A stretch of 47,965 bases of DNA. It comes from a virus (taxonomy: Duplodnaviria; Caudoviricetes). The stretch spans positions 1-47,965 of the IMG/VR virus record IMGVR_UViG_3300030372_001880, one strand, 5' to 3'. Of the stretch, positions 20,833 through 29,806 are shown piece by piece; the first letter of the stretch is position 1; the number at the start of each line of letters is the position of its first letter. The translations under genes were made by a program, and so were the position numbers. The notes under the pieces were generated by a model that saw nothing but the letters and a program-made list of their open reading frames with translations, had not been told where the DNA came from and made no database searches.

Positions 20833-21689
20833 TATGATGCTAGTGCCTCTTCTGGTGATATGGTTTTCATAACCTTTTCAGAAACTGCATCATCAACTAC
20901 TGGTTTAGATTTTTGTGATTGCTTCCAGGACTCAACAACTTTTTTATTTTCTTCGTTAATAGTTTCAGAAAACAATTCCATGGTAGATAAATCTTTTTTA
21001 CTAAATTCAACTACCTTGTCATCTATAGAAATATCTGTCATGTAATATACATTAGTTCCATGCTTTTTTCTTTTTGTTGACAAAAGAAGATTTGTATTTT
21101 GAATAAGTTTACCACGATTTTTGATACTCTTTATAGACTCATTTACTGGTCTAAAATTCATACCACTTATTCTCCACAAACAAGGTAAATCTTCTACGTT
21201 TACCTCTTCTCCTGCACCAGTTACAGCATGCATATTTAATAATCCATATGCTAAAGTATAACACTTAATATTTTTTTGTCTGGCCGCTTCTTCATTGGTC
21301 AGAGTTTCTATATCTTTAAAAGGAACTTTACCGCATTTTGTACCTCCTAACATATCTAAAGCTTCATCTTTCCATGATTTAAAAATTACTGAAAAGTTTG
21401 GATATGTGTTTGTGTCTGGGTCATACTCCATATATTGATAACCTCTTATAAAAGGCCTAAACAATACAGGGCTGTTGCCAGTTTTTCTACTATAAACTTT
21501 TTGCTCAGATACTGTATCATAAATAGAGTATGTTCCAACATCTAATTTATTACCATCATCATCTTCACCTATCCTGTTTATAGCAAGTTTTGGTAATACC
21601 AATGAGCCAGAACCAGAGTCATCTTCTTGACCTGTTAGTCTCATTATTTCTTCCTTTGACAAGGAATCATATTTTTGTAGTTCAGTCAT
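20832..21689 (-). CDS. Single-stranded DNA-binding protein (putative)
   Basis: Between polymerase and exonuclease; ATG 21689 with RBS GGAGG; GGTKCGK motif. Confidence 0.55.
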   Translation of the reverse strand: MTELQKYDSLSKEEIMRLTGQEDDSGSGSLVLPKLAINRIGEDDDGNKLDVGTYSIYDTVSEQKVYSRKTGNSPVLFRPFIRGYQYMEYDPDTNTYPNFSVIFKSWKDEALDMLGGTKCGKVPFKDIETLTNEEAARQKNIKCYTLAYGLLNMHAVTGAGEEVNVEDLPCLWRISGMNFRPVNESIKSIKNRGKLIQNTNLLLSTKRKKHGTNVYYMTDISIDDKVVEFSKKDLSTMELFSETINEENKKVVESWKQSQKSKPVVDDAVSEKVMKTISPEEALAS

Positions 21690-21720
21690 ATATACCTCCA
21701 AGTATATTTATCTATAATTA

Positions 21721-21749
21721 TTTGTAACATATTGACACTCACTGTCAAT
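21721..21749 (-). promoter_or_regulatory. Promoter TTGACA-16-TACAAA overlapped by palindrome ATTGACA-N5-TGTCAAT
   Basis: -35 at 21748-21743; -10 at 21726-21721 with extended TG; inverted repeat 21731-21749. Confidence 0.45.
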
Positions 21750-21750
21750 G

Positions 21751-23781
21751 CTATTCTACAACTTCTAAGTTTAACCAATCATAACCTATTTTAACCTCAG
21801 TTTCCAATGGTACATTAAAGTCAATATCGTATGTGTCTTTTAAAGATTTTATAACATTTGAAGCCCCCTCTCTCATAAGACGCACCATAGTAATCTCTTC
21901 ATCTGGGTGTATATCTACCACAACAGAATCATGAACTGTATTTATTAACATACTTTTTAAATTATGTTTATCTACGAGTTCCTGTATATTTATACAAGCG
22001 AGAGGAACTATATCTGCAGTAGCAAATCCTTGCACAGGATAATTTTTTATCTGTGTAGAAAAACTTGTGCCGCCCCAGGGCATTCGTTCTACAGATGGGA
22101 ACTCGTATTGTCTGCCAGTTGGTAATGTAATTACTTTATATTTTAATGCTTCGTTTTGTAATTTTTCATGCCACGCAGTTATACCTTTATATTTATCTTT
22201 AAATGCATCATAATATCTTTTTTCATCCTCAGTTCCAGACATACCTCCATACAAAGGTTTGAAGGTATGTCCTTTGGCTTGTTGTCTAGATACCCCAATG
22301 ACATCAGCAGTATATTGGTGCACATCTACGCCATTTTCTATATCTTTCATGCCTTGCTCGTCTTGTGCTAGAAATACTGCTGTACGAAACTCTAACTGTG
22401 CAAAATCAATTTCCGCTACTTTACCTTTCTCGAATCGAGATGTTATTACTTTTCTTATAGGGAACGTTCCGCCTCGTGGCTGATTTTGGAAGTTAGGGTC
22501 ACGACTAGACAACCTGCCTGTTCTAGTAATACATTGCATAAAATTAGGATATAAAAAACTATCCTGCTTTACATGTTTTTTTATACCATCTACAAATGTA
22601 GACAAGTATGTTTCCAATGCATTATATCTTGTTATTTTACTAACAAAATTATTTAAGTCCTCACTTTGTGAAGATAATCTTTGTAGTGTAGTTCTGTCTG
22701 TTTTAAATCCACCTTCAGATGCATCAGATACAAATTGAGCTTTTGCACCAAACCCTGCACGCTCACTTGTATTAGAATAAGTTACACCCTCTGATTTACA
22801 TACTGGGCACTTTGACATGTTTTTATATTTATCACCATTTACTTTATACTTTTGTATGTAACCTTTACCACTACACTCTGTGCACTGTTTTGCTTTTGTT
22901 TTGTATATAGGAACTAAATACATCATGCAGGTTTTTATAAACTCATGCTTTCCCATTTTAGGTCTTTTCTTTGGCTTCTTTGTATATTTATCTATACCTA
23001 TATTAAACTCTGCTATCCAACCTTTTTTATCTAATAGTTTACTACCATAAATTAACATAGATAACTGCTCTGGACTTGCAGGATTAATCTTAGTGTCGCC
23101 CATCTTATCATATATTATTTTATCTATCTCAACTCTTAACTTATCATACTCTAATTGAAACTCCTTTTCAACTTCATCTAATTTAGTTGTATCTATTTTT
23201 ATACCATTGTTTTCCATCTTAGTAAGTATGACACAAAACTGACACATAGTTCGCACAGTGTTTAATAATACTTTATTTTTTGGTAATTTAAAATCTTTCA
23301 TGTGAGATTGAAACAATGCTTTTGTAGCTATTATATCTTGCCTACCATATTCATCTACAATTCTCATAGGTATGTTTTCAAATGAAACATCTCGTTCTAA
23401 GTATTGTTCAGTTATGTCAGATTTTTGACTAACACCCCGCCTATTACAACAATCTTTTAATTTTAAACTTTGTTTACGTCCACGACCTAAAACATATTCA
23501 CCAATCATAGTATCATATACTCTACCATTGTATGTAAAACCTGCTTCCCAAAGCCACAATAAATCAAACTTTATATTGTGGCCAACAAGCAATGTAGTTT
23601 TATCTAAAATATCTTGCACTTCTTTTTTGTATAATGGCCCATTGTATTCTGAATGTTTAAAAAAGAAATACTCTTCATTTATACCAATACTAACAATAAA
23701 ATTATTTGGATGTTTTGGTGATGGGTCTTTCTTACCATCAATAATTTGGTAAGATGTTTCTATGTCAAATACTGTAATCAA
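21751..23781 (-). CDS. polA: DNA polymerase family A with 3'-5' exonuclease and DnaJ-like zinc-finger insert (HMO-2011 type)
   Basis: Exonuclease motifs FDIET, GHNIKFD, YGRQD; polymerase motifs IDFAQLEFR, RQQAKGHTFKPLYG, TVHDS; insert CTECSGKG...CPVCKSEG. Confidence 0.95.
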   Translation of the reverse strand: MITVFDIETSYQIIDGKKDPSPKHPNNFIVSIGINEEYFFFKHSEYNGPLYKKEVQDILDKTTLLVGHNIKFDLLWLWEAGFTYNGRVYDTMIGEYVLGRGRKQSLKLKDCCNRRGVSQKSDITEQYLERDVSFENIPMRIVDEYGRQDIIATKALFQSHMKDFKLPKNKVLLNTVRTMCQFCVILTKMENNGIKIDTTKLDEVEKEFQLEYDKLRVEIDKIIYDKMGDTKINPASPEQLSMLIYGSKLLDKKGWIAEFNIGIDKYTKKPKKRPKMGKHEFIKTCMMYLVPIYKTKAKQCTECSGKGYIQKYKVNGDKYKNMSKCPVCKSEGVTYSNTSERAGFGAKAQFVSDASEGGFKTDRTTLQRLSSQSEDLNNFVSKITRYNALETYLSTFVDGIKKHVKQDSFLYPNFMQCITRTGRLSSRDPNFQNQPRGGTFPIRKVITSRFEKGKVAEIDFAQLEFRTAVFLAQDEQGMKDIENGVDVHQYTADVIGVSRQQAKGHTFKPLYGGMSGTEDEKRYYDAFKDKYKGITAWHEKLQNEALKYKVITLPTGRQYEFPSVERMPWGGTSFSTQIKNYPVQGFATADIVPLACINIQELVDKHNLKSMLINTVHDSVVVDIHPDEEITMVRLMREGASNVIKSLKDTYDIDFNVPLETEVKIGYDWLNLEVVE

Positions 23782-24989
23782 TCTATGTACCTCGATAATT
23801 CTGGGATAATCTTACAAGTCATCTTGCCATGATACCCTGTTATTTTGTTTTTACTAACTGCAACACTTCGTAAGTCTTGGTCTAATTCTAAATTATTACT
23901 AAAACCTACACCAATAATTACATCAGCTTCTGCCGCTTTACCTGTCTTACTATTCTCCATCATATCAAACGTTAAGTCAAGTCTACCAGATGCATCAGCA
24001 GATGCTTGTGATATGCCTACAACAGCACAACTTCTACGTTTAGCAACTTCTCTTGCACCTGTATATATGGCTCTAAGTTTTTCATCTGTTCTTGCAAATG
24101 TGCCAGGTATATGTACCTTATCTAATTGGTCTACAATTAAAACATTTGGTTTTTCTTTTGCAACATAAGAGTCTATCTTGTCCAGTGTCCAATCAACTGT
24201 ATCTAATATTCTCATGTTATCTTTTATTGATGACCATAACTCTTTAGCTTTTGTAGGATTATCTTTTATTTCTGCAAAAGACATCCCAGTATGTGCATTT
24301 ACTAATCTCATTTGAGTTCGTATTGCAGGCTCTTCATTAATAAGAGCACATACTTTAGCCCCTTGAGAAGCAAAACCGCCTTGACCTGCGACCATATTAA
24401 CCCAAAATGCGGTCTTGCCACTCTCTGGTCTGGCAAAGACAATTAAAAAATTGCCATCACCAATCCCGTTTACTTTATCTCGTAATCCAGATAAATTAAA
24501 TTTCCATTTAGTATTATCTTTTAATGCATCAATTAGCAAGTGTATATCATCTGTTATACTTTCATACTCTTGATTATTAACATTATTTGATTCATCTATC
24601 AATGTTTGTATATCAGTAAAATTAGTATCACTTGTATTGTTATACATTTCTGTTGCCATAACTGCTATTTGTTTTGCAATAGATTGTTTGTGCAATGCTT
24701 CTAGTATAGTTGTGGCTATCTTTCTATTTGGTTTTTGTTCTTTTACTTCGTCAAGTAAATCACTAAAGTTATCTCTTGCAACTCGTGTAAGTGCAGGATT
24801 GTATACCTCAGTATGTAATGTGGCAATCTCATCAACAGTTAAACTTTTATCAGAGTTCTCGTGTGCTTTTTTTATTGTTTCATACAATGTGCCAGTTCCA
24901 TTGGTAAACATAGTTTTAGATACACGACCTTTATTTTCTTCGTAAAAGTCTTTGTCTAGTAATAAATATATAAGTTGTTTTTCAATCAT
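23778..24989 (-). CDS. DnaB-like (SF4) replicative helicase
   Basis: Walker A ARPESGKT, NEE, Walker B LIVDQLD, SQAS, KNK. Confidence 0.9.
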   Translation of the reverse strand: MIEKQLIYLLLDKDFYEENKGRVSKTMFTNGTGTLYETIKKAHENSDKSLTVDEIATLHTEVYNPALTRVARDNFSDLLDEVKEQKPNRKIATTILEALHKQSIAKQIAVMATEMYNNTSDTNFTDIQTLIDESNNVNNQEYESITDDIHLLIDALKDNTKWKFNLSGLRDKVNGIGDGNFLIVFARPESGKTAFWVNMVAGQGGFASQGAKVCALINEEPAIRTQMRLVNAHTGMSFAEIKDNPTKAKELWSSIKDNMRILDTVDWTLDKIDSYVAKEKPNVLIVDQLDKVHIPGTFARTDEKLRAIYTGAREVAKRRSCAVVGISQASADASGRLDLTFDMMENSKTGKAAEADVIIGVGFSNNLELDQDLRSVAVSKNKITGYHGKMTCKIIPELSRYID

Positions 24990-25288
24990 ATGGTTCGCAG
25001 TTGTTTTAATATTTCTTTCATTAATTTTGTTTTAGTTTTATCTTTCCAATGTCTAATATAGAATTTTGCACTCTTCTTGTCAAGTTTACAGGATGCAGTA
25101 GCTAATGGCCAGGTTTTTAAATACGCTAAATACATTTTATCATTCATAGCATATAATTTTGGTTTTATCCTATTATCAATTTTTATTTTTTTATACTCAC
25201 CATTGTATCCATATACACAATGAAAATACTTTTGTTTTTCCATAACAAACCAAAGATATGTTCCGCAATCAATTAACTTCCAGGTCAT
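24986..25288 (-). CDS. Hypothetical protein
   Basis: 100 aa, ATGA overlaps with neighbours. Confidence 0.6.
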   Translation of the reverse strand: MTWKLIDCGTYLWFVMEKQKYFHCVYGYNGEYKKIKIDNRIKPKLYAMNDKMYLAYLKTWPLATASCKLDKKSAKFYIRHWKDKTKTKLMKEILKQLRTI

Positions 25289-25482
25289 TGGCTCATAACA
25301 GAAAAATCTTGACCAGTTTGATAATATTCTGTTCCTTTACAATTATTACAAATTCTATTGTGAATGCCCTCACTTAAAAAGGGTTTATTACACATCATAC
25401 AATCTCTTTTTTTCTTTTTTTTAGTAGCAACCCTGTTACCAATTAATTTGTCTGGGCCTCTACGATAAGTTCTTTTTAACAT
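25285..25482 (-). CDS. Small zinc-ribbon protein
   Basis: RDCMMC...F.SEGIHNRICNNCK, two CxxC pairs. Confidence 0.65.
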   Translation of the reverse strand: MLKRTYRRGPDKLIGNRVATKKKKKRDCMMCNKPFLSEGIHNRICNNCKGTEYYQTGQDFSVMSQ

Positions 25483-25624
25483 TTTTTACCTTTTTTAATT
25501 CTTCTTTCCAACCTATCTCAAATACTTTAAATAATAATTTTATTTTTGTTTTTGTAACAGGTTGTCTTTTTAAATTAGCATATAGAAATTCAACTAATGC
25601 GTCAATAAATATTCTGTTAAACAT
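25460..25624 (-). CDS. Hypothetical protein, 54 aa (MFNRIFIDALVEFLYANLKRQP...KKNLS); not in ORF track
   Basis: RBS AAGGAG; fills the gap between neighbours. Confidence 0.55.
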   Translation of the reverse strand: MFNRIFIDALVEFLYANLKRQPVTKTKIKLLFKVFEIGWKEELKKVKNVKKNLS

Positions 25625-25832
25625 TATCACATTTCTCCTTGTCTTTTACTTTACTGCAATAAAATTCTTTCGCTTTGTTTTGTTTCTTTTTTTTGTTTTC
25701 TAATATTTTCTTTTTCTTTTCTGGGTTAGGACTTGTCTCTAATACTTCATCAATAGTTTTTACTGTTTCTTTTGCAATAAAGTAAGTGCAACCAGGCAAT
25801 AAAAAAACTAATAATATCAATACTTTATACAT
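25617..25832 (-). CDS. Small lipoprotein
   Basis: Start re-assigned to ATG 25832: MYKVLILLVFLLPG-C lipobox; RBS GGAG. Confidence 0.65.
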   Translation of the reverse strand: MYKVLILLVFLLPGCTYFIAKETVKTIDEVLETSPNPEKKKKILENKKKKQNKAKEFYCSKVKDKEKCDNV

Positions 25833-26007
25833 TTTGTTTCTCCATTTCTTCCATAGCATTATCAAAATCTTTGTCATAATCTTTTATAACATCTTTAGTT
25901 TTATTTACCATGTAATCTAACTGTTCACTTTTATTCATGTACACTAATTCATCTACACCTTTTACAATAAGTCTTAACCTATTTATATATTTATCTGCAT
26001 CTAACAT
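25825..26007 (-). CDS. Hypothetical protein
   Basis: 60 aa, overlaps the primase stop codon. Confidence 0.55.
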   Translation of the reverse strand: MLDADKYINRLRLIVKGVDELVYMNKSEQLDYMVNKTKDVIKDYDKDFDNAMEEMEKQNV

Positions 26008-26786
26008 TTTAACATTCCTTCTATTTGATTACTCCCATAATATTTTAAATCATCATCAAGTATTTTTACTTGAGTGTCTACATAGTATCTTAACTGATTA
26101 CTTATGTCAAACGCTTTGGTTGTTGCATCTCTATCAAGTGCAACAATTATTTTTTTAAATCTTTTTTTTAATATAGGTATATAACTATCTGGTAAACTTG
26201 TGCCCATTAAAGCAACACCAGAATACAAATGAGATACAGCACAGGCACTAGCACAGTCTTCAACTAACACAGCAGTATCACTATCGCCACATATAAAAGG
26301 ATATTCTTTACTACCATACATAAACCATTTTGGATAAACCTGTGAATTTAATCCTCTGCCAACAGCACCATAAATATTTTTTTTATCTTTAATTAAAAAA
26401 ACAGCACGATGTTGTTTAACATCATATCGTATGTCCACTCTTCCATCTATAAATGCTAAATTACAATTGTTTTTTTTAATGTAGTCTATGCACTTTTCTG
26501 TAGAAAATGCACTAACAAAATTTTTAGGAATGGTAAAAGTTTTTTTTTCTTGGTTGTTTTTTTTAGTGCGTGATAGTAGTGACGCAACGTCAGCCATTGA
26601 TGGCTCTTTAGATGTCTGACCTTTGGCATTACATGAAGAATGAAAACAATACCACATAAGTTTACTGTTTTCTTTTTTAATTGTTAGTGTGTTGAGATTT
26701 TTACAAAATGGACAATCTATTCTTGTGTCTATTTCATCACCTTGGACAAGGCTTTCTATAATTGATAATTGATTTTTGAAATTCAT
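26001..26786 (-). CDS. DNA primase (zinc-binding domain + TOPRIM)
   Basis: CPFC...WYCFHSSC zinc domain; LVED and ALDRDA TOPRIM motifs; ATG 26786 preferred over 26831. Confidence 0.88.
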   Translation of the reverse strand: MNFKNQLSIIESLVQGDEIDTRIDCPFCKNLNTLTIKKENSKLMWYCFHSSCNAKGQTSKEPSMADVASLLSRTKKNNQEKKTFTIPKNFVSAFSTEKCIDYIKKNNCNLAFIDGRVDIRYDVKQHRAVFLIKDKKNIYGAVGRGLNSQVYPKWFMYGSKEYPFICGDSDTAVLVEDCASACAVSHLYSGVALMGTSLPDSYIPILKKRFKKIIVALDRDATTKAFDISNQLRYYVDTQVKILDDDLKYYGSNQIEGMLKC

Positions 26787-26792
26787 AAAAGG

Positions 26793-26821
26793 TTTATAGT
26801 TTATAAATAAAAAAAAGTCAA
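26793..26821 (-). promoter_or_regulatory. Sigma70-type promoter TTGACT-17-TATAAA for primase
   Basis: -35 at 26821-26816, -10 at 26798-26793; predicted +1 falls on the ATG. Confidence 0.6.
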
Positions 26822-27071
26822 GTGGTAGCACGCTCTACTACAAGGCTTTCCACTTGACTCATAAGGTTACAAGAACGACCGATAGTTCTTGCCTATTAGT
26901 AGTAACAGTTATAAGGAGACATACAATCCTTTTACTACTAAACTCTTAAACTTTCGTAAGGAGTGTGACGGGATTATCTTTTCTTCACAATCAGTTTGTA
27001 CGTCTACAAACCCCTCTCCTTACAAAAATTTAAGGCGGGTAGTTTTGGTAAATTGGCACTACCCGAGCCAC
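26809..27071 (-). ncRNA. Candidate ~260-nt structured non-coding RNA
   Basis: Consensus promoter upstream, at least six helices including a 19-bp stem with two G-U pairs, and a 10-bp terminator stem with U-tract. Confidence 0.7.
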
Positions 27072-27077
27072 ATGAGT

Positions 27078-27106
27078 ATTATATATTTTTTATGGTGTCA
27101 TGTCAA
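27078..27106 (-). promoter_or_regulatory. Consensus promoter TTGACA-17-TATAAT
   Basis: Exact sigma70 consensus; -35 overlaps the TGA of the upstream gene. Confidence 0.85.
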
Positions 27107-27510
27107 CCTACCATTCTTTTTTGATTAGCTTGTGTTGAAGCAGGAAACAAACTAGAGTCAATAGGTGGCTCACAAGCATCTGGCTCTACCCAATAGTTTG
27201 TTCTAGCTTTAACAGCAGTATATCGGGTAAGTCCTTGATTACTTCGCAATCTAAGCAGTTCTCTTTTAAACAAACTACACCAATCAGAAATATGAACATT
27301 TACACCATAGTATCTTCTAGTTACGCCATTACCCATGTCTTTATCTACTGTAAGATACCAATGAGTTGATGATGCCCCAGAATCATGATTCATGTTGGAC
27401 ACCTCATCAATGGTAAAATCAAAGTGATGAGGACATTCTTTTACATCTTCACTAGAATGCCAATTATTCATGTCAGCGTTCTCAGTGTTATTAAAATCTC
27501 TTGCCCACAT
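27103..27510 (-). CDS. Hypothetical early protein
   Basis: 135 aa, TAATG-coupled to the upstream gene. Confidence 0.65.
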   Translation of the reverse strand: MWARDFNNTENADMNNWHSSEDVKECPHHFDFTIDEVSNMNHDSGASSTHWYLTVDKDMGNGVTRRYYGVNVHISDWCSLFKRELLRLRSNQGLTRYTAVKARTNYWVEPDACEPPIDSSLFPASTQANQKRMVG

Positions 27511-28490
27511 TATACACCCGCACTTTCTTTAGATGTAACAACAACAGCAACAGTATCATTAAGTTGTCGTTTTGCAATACACTCATCAATTAAGCTAGAG
27601 TTAACACCGCTTAAAGCTAGTGCTGTACCTGTGCCTGTAATCTTATGACGAATATTCTCAAACGCAGGGTCTTTTGCAATAAGCTGTTCAAGATACTTAC
27701 TTGTTCTAATAAGTTCTGCATATGCTTTGAACATCTCTTTCATTTCTTCTCTGTGTTTGTGCCATTTAAGATGCACTCTCTCTAATGTGTCTTGCCAAGA
27801 ATATAATAGTTGATATTCTTCTGGTGTGACTAGATGTGCTCTCTCATAACAAGAATGTTGAGAACGAGGTGTGATACAAGTTAAAGCTAAATCATTCTCA
27901 ACAAAAAATTTCTTACCATATTCTGTAATAGATTTTTCTAGCTTTTGAAAATCATCTGACCAACGACTTATTCGTTTGCCATTATAGTCATACATATCAC
28001 CATTTTTTTTACCCCAATCGGTTAAGAACATGTACTTCATAACATCAATACCACTCTCAACCATCTCTTCAAAATAAATAGCTATAGTATCTTTTATGCT
28101 TAAACTGCCAATCTCTTTACCAGATGAGCCATAACGATAACCACCACCATAACCATCACAGTCAAAGTTAGCATACAAAGACCTTTCATCTCTCTGTATA
28201 TTACCCTCATCATTTTTCTTATCTCTATCGGTAAACCAGAAACAAGACTCTTTACGAGTAAGGTCATACTTTGATAGTGTAGCTAAATCTTCTTTAGGAT
28301 ATAAGCCCTCTATCTTGTTTTTTACAAACTCTTTTATCTTGGGTATACAGTCTTTGAACTCTTGTATTGAGTCAGCCCTAGCTGTAGCCCACTTGCTTGG
28401 CATAGATGATACCAAAGTTTGTGAAAACGCATAAGCTATTGGTCTGCTCTGCGTTTGATTTAGTAACGTCTTTTTTACTTTTGCAACCAT
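27510..28490 (-). CDS. Hypothetical early protein
   Basis: 326 aa, RBS AAGGAG, own promoter. Confidence 0.75.
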   Translation of the reverse strand: MVAKVKKTLLNQTQSRPIAYAFSQTLVSSMPSKWATARADSIQEFKDCIPKIKEFVKNKIEGLYPKEDLATLSKYDLTRKESCFWFTDRDKKNDEGNIQRDERSLYANFDCDGYGGGYRYGSSGKEIGSLSIKDTIAIYFEEMVESGIDVMKYMFLTDWGKKNGDMYDYNGKRISRWSDDFQKLEKSITEYGKKFFVENDLALTCITPRSQHSCYERAHLVTPEEYQLLYSWQDTLERVHLKWHKHREEMKEMFKAYAELIRTSKYLEQLIAKDPAFENIRHKITGTGTALALSGVNSSLIDECIAKRQLNDTVAVVVTSKESAGV

Positions 28491-28526
28491 GTTTTCTCCT
28501 TTGTTGTGGTTGTTAATATACTTATA

Positions 28527-28555
28527 TTTATAATATATTTTAATCGTTAGGTCAA
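28527..28555 (-). promoter_or_regulatory. Early promoter TTGACC-17-TATAAA
   Basis: -35 at 28555-28550, -10 at 28532-28527. Confidence 0.65.
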
Positions 28556-28561
28556 ATACAT

Positions 28562-29188
28562 TTAATGTTTGTGATAGCTGACATTTTTTATCTCCTTACT
28601 CCAACAAGCACGACAGTCAAGACACTTATTGTCTTGAAACCTAGATGGGCAGTCATGACCTATTGGTTTTTGTTTGTGATGAACTGTTGAGGTATACTCA
28701 AAGTTCGGTGGCTTTCCATCAATCATAGGGGCAGATACTCTGACAGTAAGATTGTCTGGAAACTGTTTATATATTTTTAGATAGTCTGATACAACTTTGG
28801 CTTCTCTTGTTGGTAGCCAATGATAAATAGTAGGTGTGTTTTGACATACCATAACTATTTTTTCTAACATAGCCATGCTATCCAAATCACCAGAATCAAA
28901 CCAACGCATATGCCCAGACTTTTTACAGTAATGATTAACCATAACAGTCATAGCATCAACAAACTTTGTATGTTTAAATGCGTCAAATCTTTTTTGCAAA
29001 CCCTGTTGTACACTAGGAAATAAGTAATTACCTTTCATAGCATAACAGCCATGACAAGTAGTGCCTTTTGTTTTGCGTAACTTACTGCCTGTCTTACATA
29101 GTTTGGCAGGTGTATTGTATGTAGGACAAGGCATTTTACCTGCCTTGCCCAAACTACCTGTTATCTCTCTTGATTCTTTTAAGCTCAC
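28562..29188 (-). CDS. Gp88-like Cys-rich (radical-SAM-related) phage protein
   Basis: KMP, CHGCYAMKG, RWFDSGD, HWLPTRE, CP...CLDCRACW motifs. Confidence 0.75.
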   Translation of the reverse strand: MSLKESREITGSLGKAGKMPCPTYNTPAKLCKTGSKLRKTKGTTCHGCYAMKGNYLFPSVQQGLQKRFDAFKHTKFVDAMTVMVNHYCKKSGHMRWFDSGDLDSMAMLEKIVMVCQNTPTIYHWLPTREAKVVSDYLKIYKQFPDNLTVRVSAPMIDGKPPNFEYTSTVHHKQKPIGHDCPSRFQDNKCLDCRACWSKEIKNVSYHKH

Positions 29189-29339
29189 TGTTTTCCACCA
29201 ATAGTTTTTTATAATCTTCTAATAAATTAATATACCTTTGTTTGTATCTAATTTTAAGAAGTAGTTGTTTTCTCCAATTTTTTTTTAGATTATCTACTTT
29301 AATATACAAAGTGTAAAGACTAGGTCGACCGCTTGTCAT
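29154..29339 (-). CDS. Hypothetical coiled-coil protein
   Basis: Start re-assigned to ATG 29339 (ATGA overlap with the upstream peptide). Confidence 0.5.
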   Translation of the reverse strand: MTSGRPSLYTLYIKVDNLKKNWRKQLLLKIRYKQRYINLLEDYKKLLVENSELKRIKRDNR

Positions 29340-29404
29340 CTGTCGTTTGCGTATATTAAAATTAAAGTTCCGATAATACAAATAATAATAAGTTCAATAA
29401 TCAT
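29336..29404 (-). CDS. 22-aa hydrophobic peptide MIIELIIICIIGTLILIYANDR; not in ORF track
   Basis: RBS GAGGA, first ORF after promoter 29513-29485, stop coupled to the next ATG. Confidence 0.65.
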   Translation of the reverse strand: MIIELIIICIIGTLILIYANDR

Positions 29405-29414
29405 AGTTTTCCTC

Positions 29415-29442
29415 TTGACAATGTTTGTGATGAAAGTATAAT
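29415..29442 (+). promoter_or_regulatory. Antisense promoter TTGACA-16-TATAAT
   Basis: Exact hexamers at 29415-29420 and 29437-29442, facing the early promoter. Confidence 0.65.
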
Positions 29443-29484
29443 CAGCCAACCCCCTAAAGGGAGGCTGTACTTATACAGTTTGGT

Positions 29485-29513
29485 ATTATATAAAAAAATA
29501 TATGGTAGGTCAA
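29485..29513 (-). promoter_or_regulatory. Early promoter TTGACC-17-TATAAT
   Basis: -35 at 29513-29508 overlaps the upstream TGA; -10 at 29490-29485. Confidence 0.75.
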
Positions 29514-29806
29514 CCTAGTTGGGCGGGAAAGCCTTTTCTACCTTGTATCTCTTTTATAAGCTCATAGATTGATTCTCTATCAATATACATGTTAGTAATT
29601 CTCATACCATCAGTATTTAATACATCATCAACCTCGATTAATAAATGAACATTACTCAAAGTAGAAAAAGTATTGCCAACTTTTTTTACAGGAACTGTTA
29701 AAGATATTCTACTGTCTTGCATACCATACCTGTAATCAAATGCTCTCTTAACAGGTAAAGTTAATTTAGCTTGATAATCCATTGGTTTAGTATTCTTGTG
29801 ATTCAT
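29510..29806 (-). CDS. Hypothetical early protein
   Basis: 98 aa, ATGA overlap with upstream gene. Confidence 0.6.
   Translation of the reverse strand: MNHKNTKPMDYQAKLTLPVKRAFDYRYGMQDSRISLTVPVKKVGNTFSTLSNVHLLIEVDDVLNTDGMRITNMYIDRESIYELIKEIQGRKGFPAQLG

Noticed and set aside
26809-27071. tRNA, tmRNA or retron identity for the structured RNA
   Set aside because: No cloverleaf, T-loop or CCA end, no tag reading frame, and no reverse transcriptase in the window.
26889-27128. 79-aa + strand ORF across the ncRNA region
   Set aside because: TTG start without RBS, antisense to the arm; promoter, terminator and G-U polarity all favour a minus-strand RNA.
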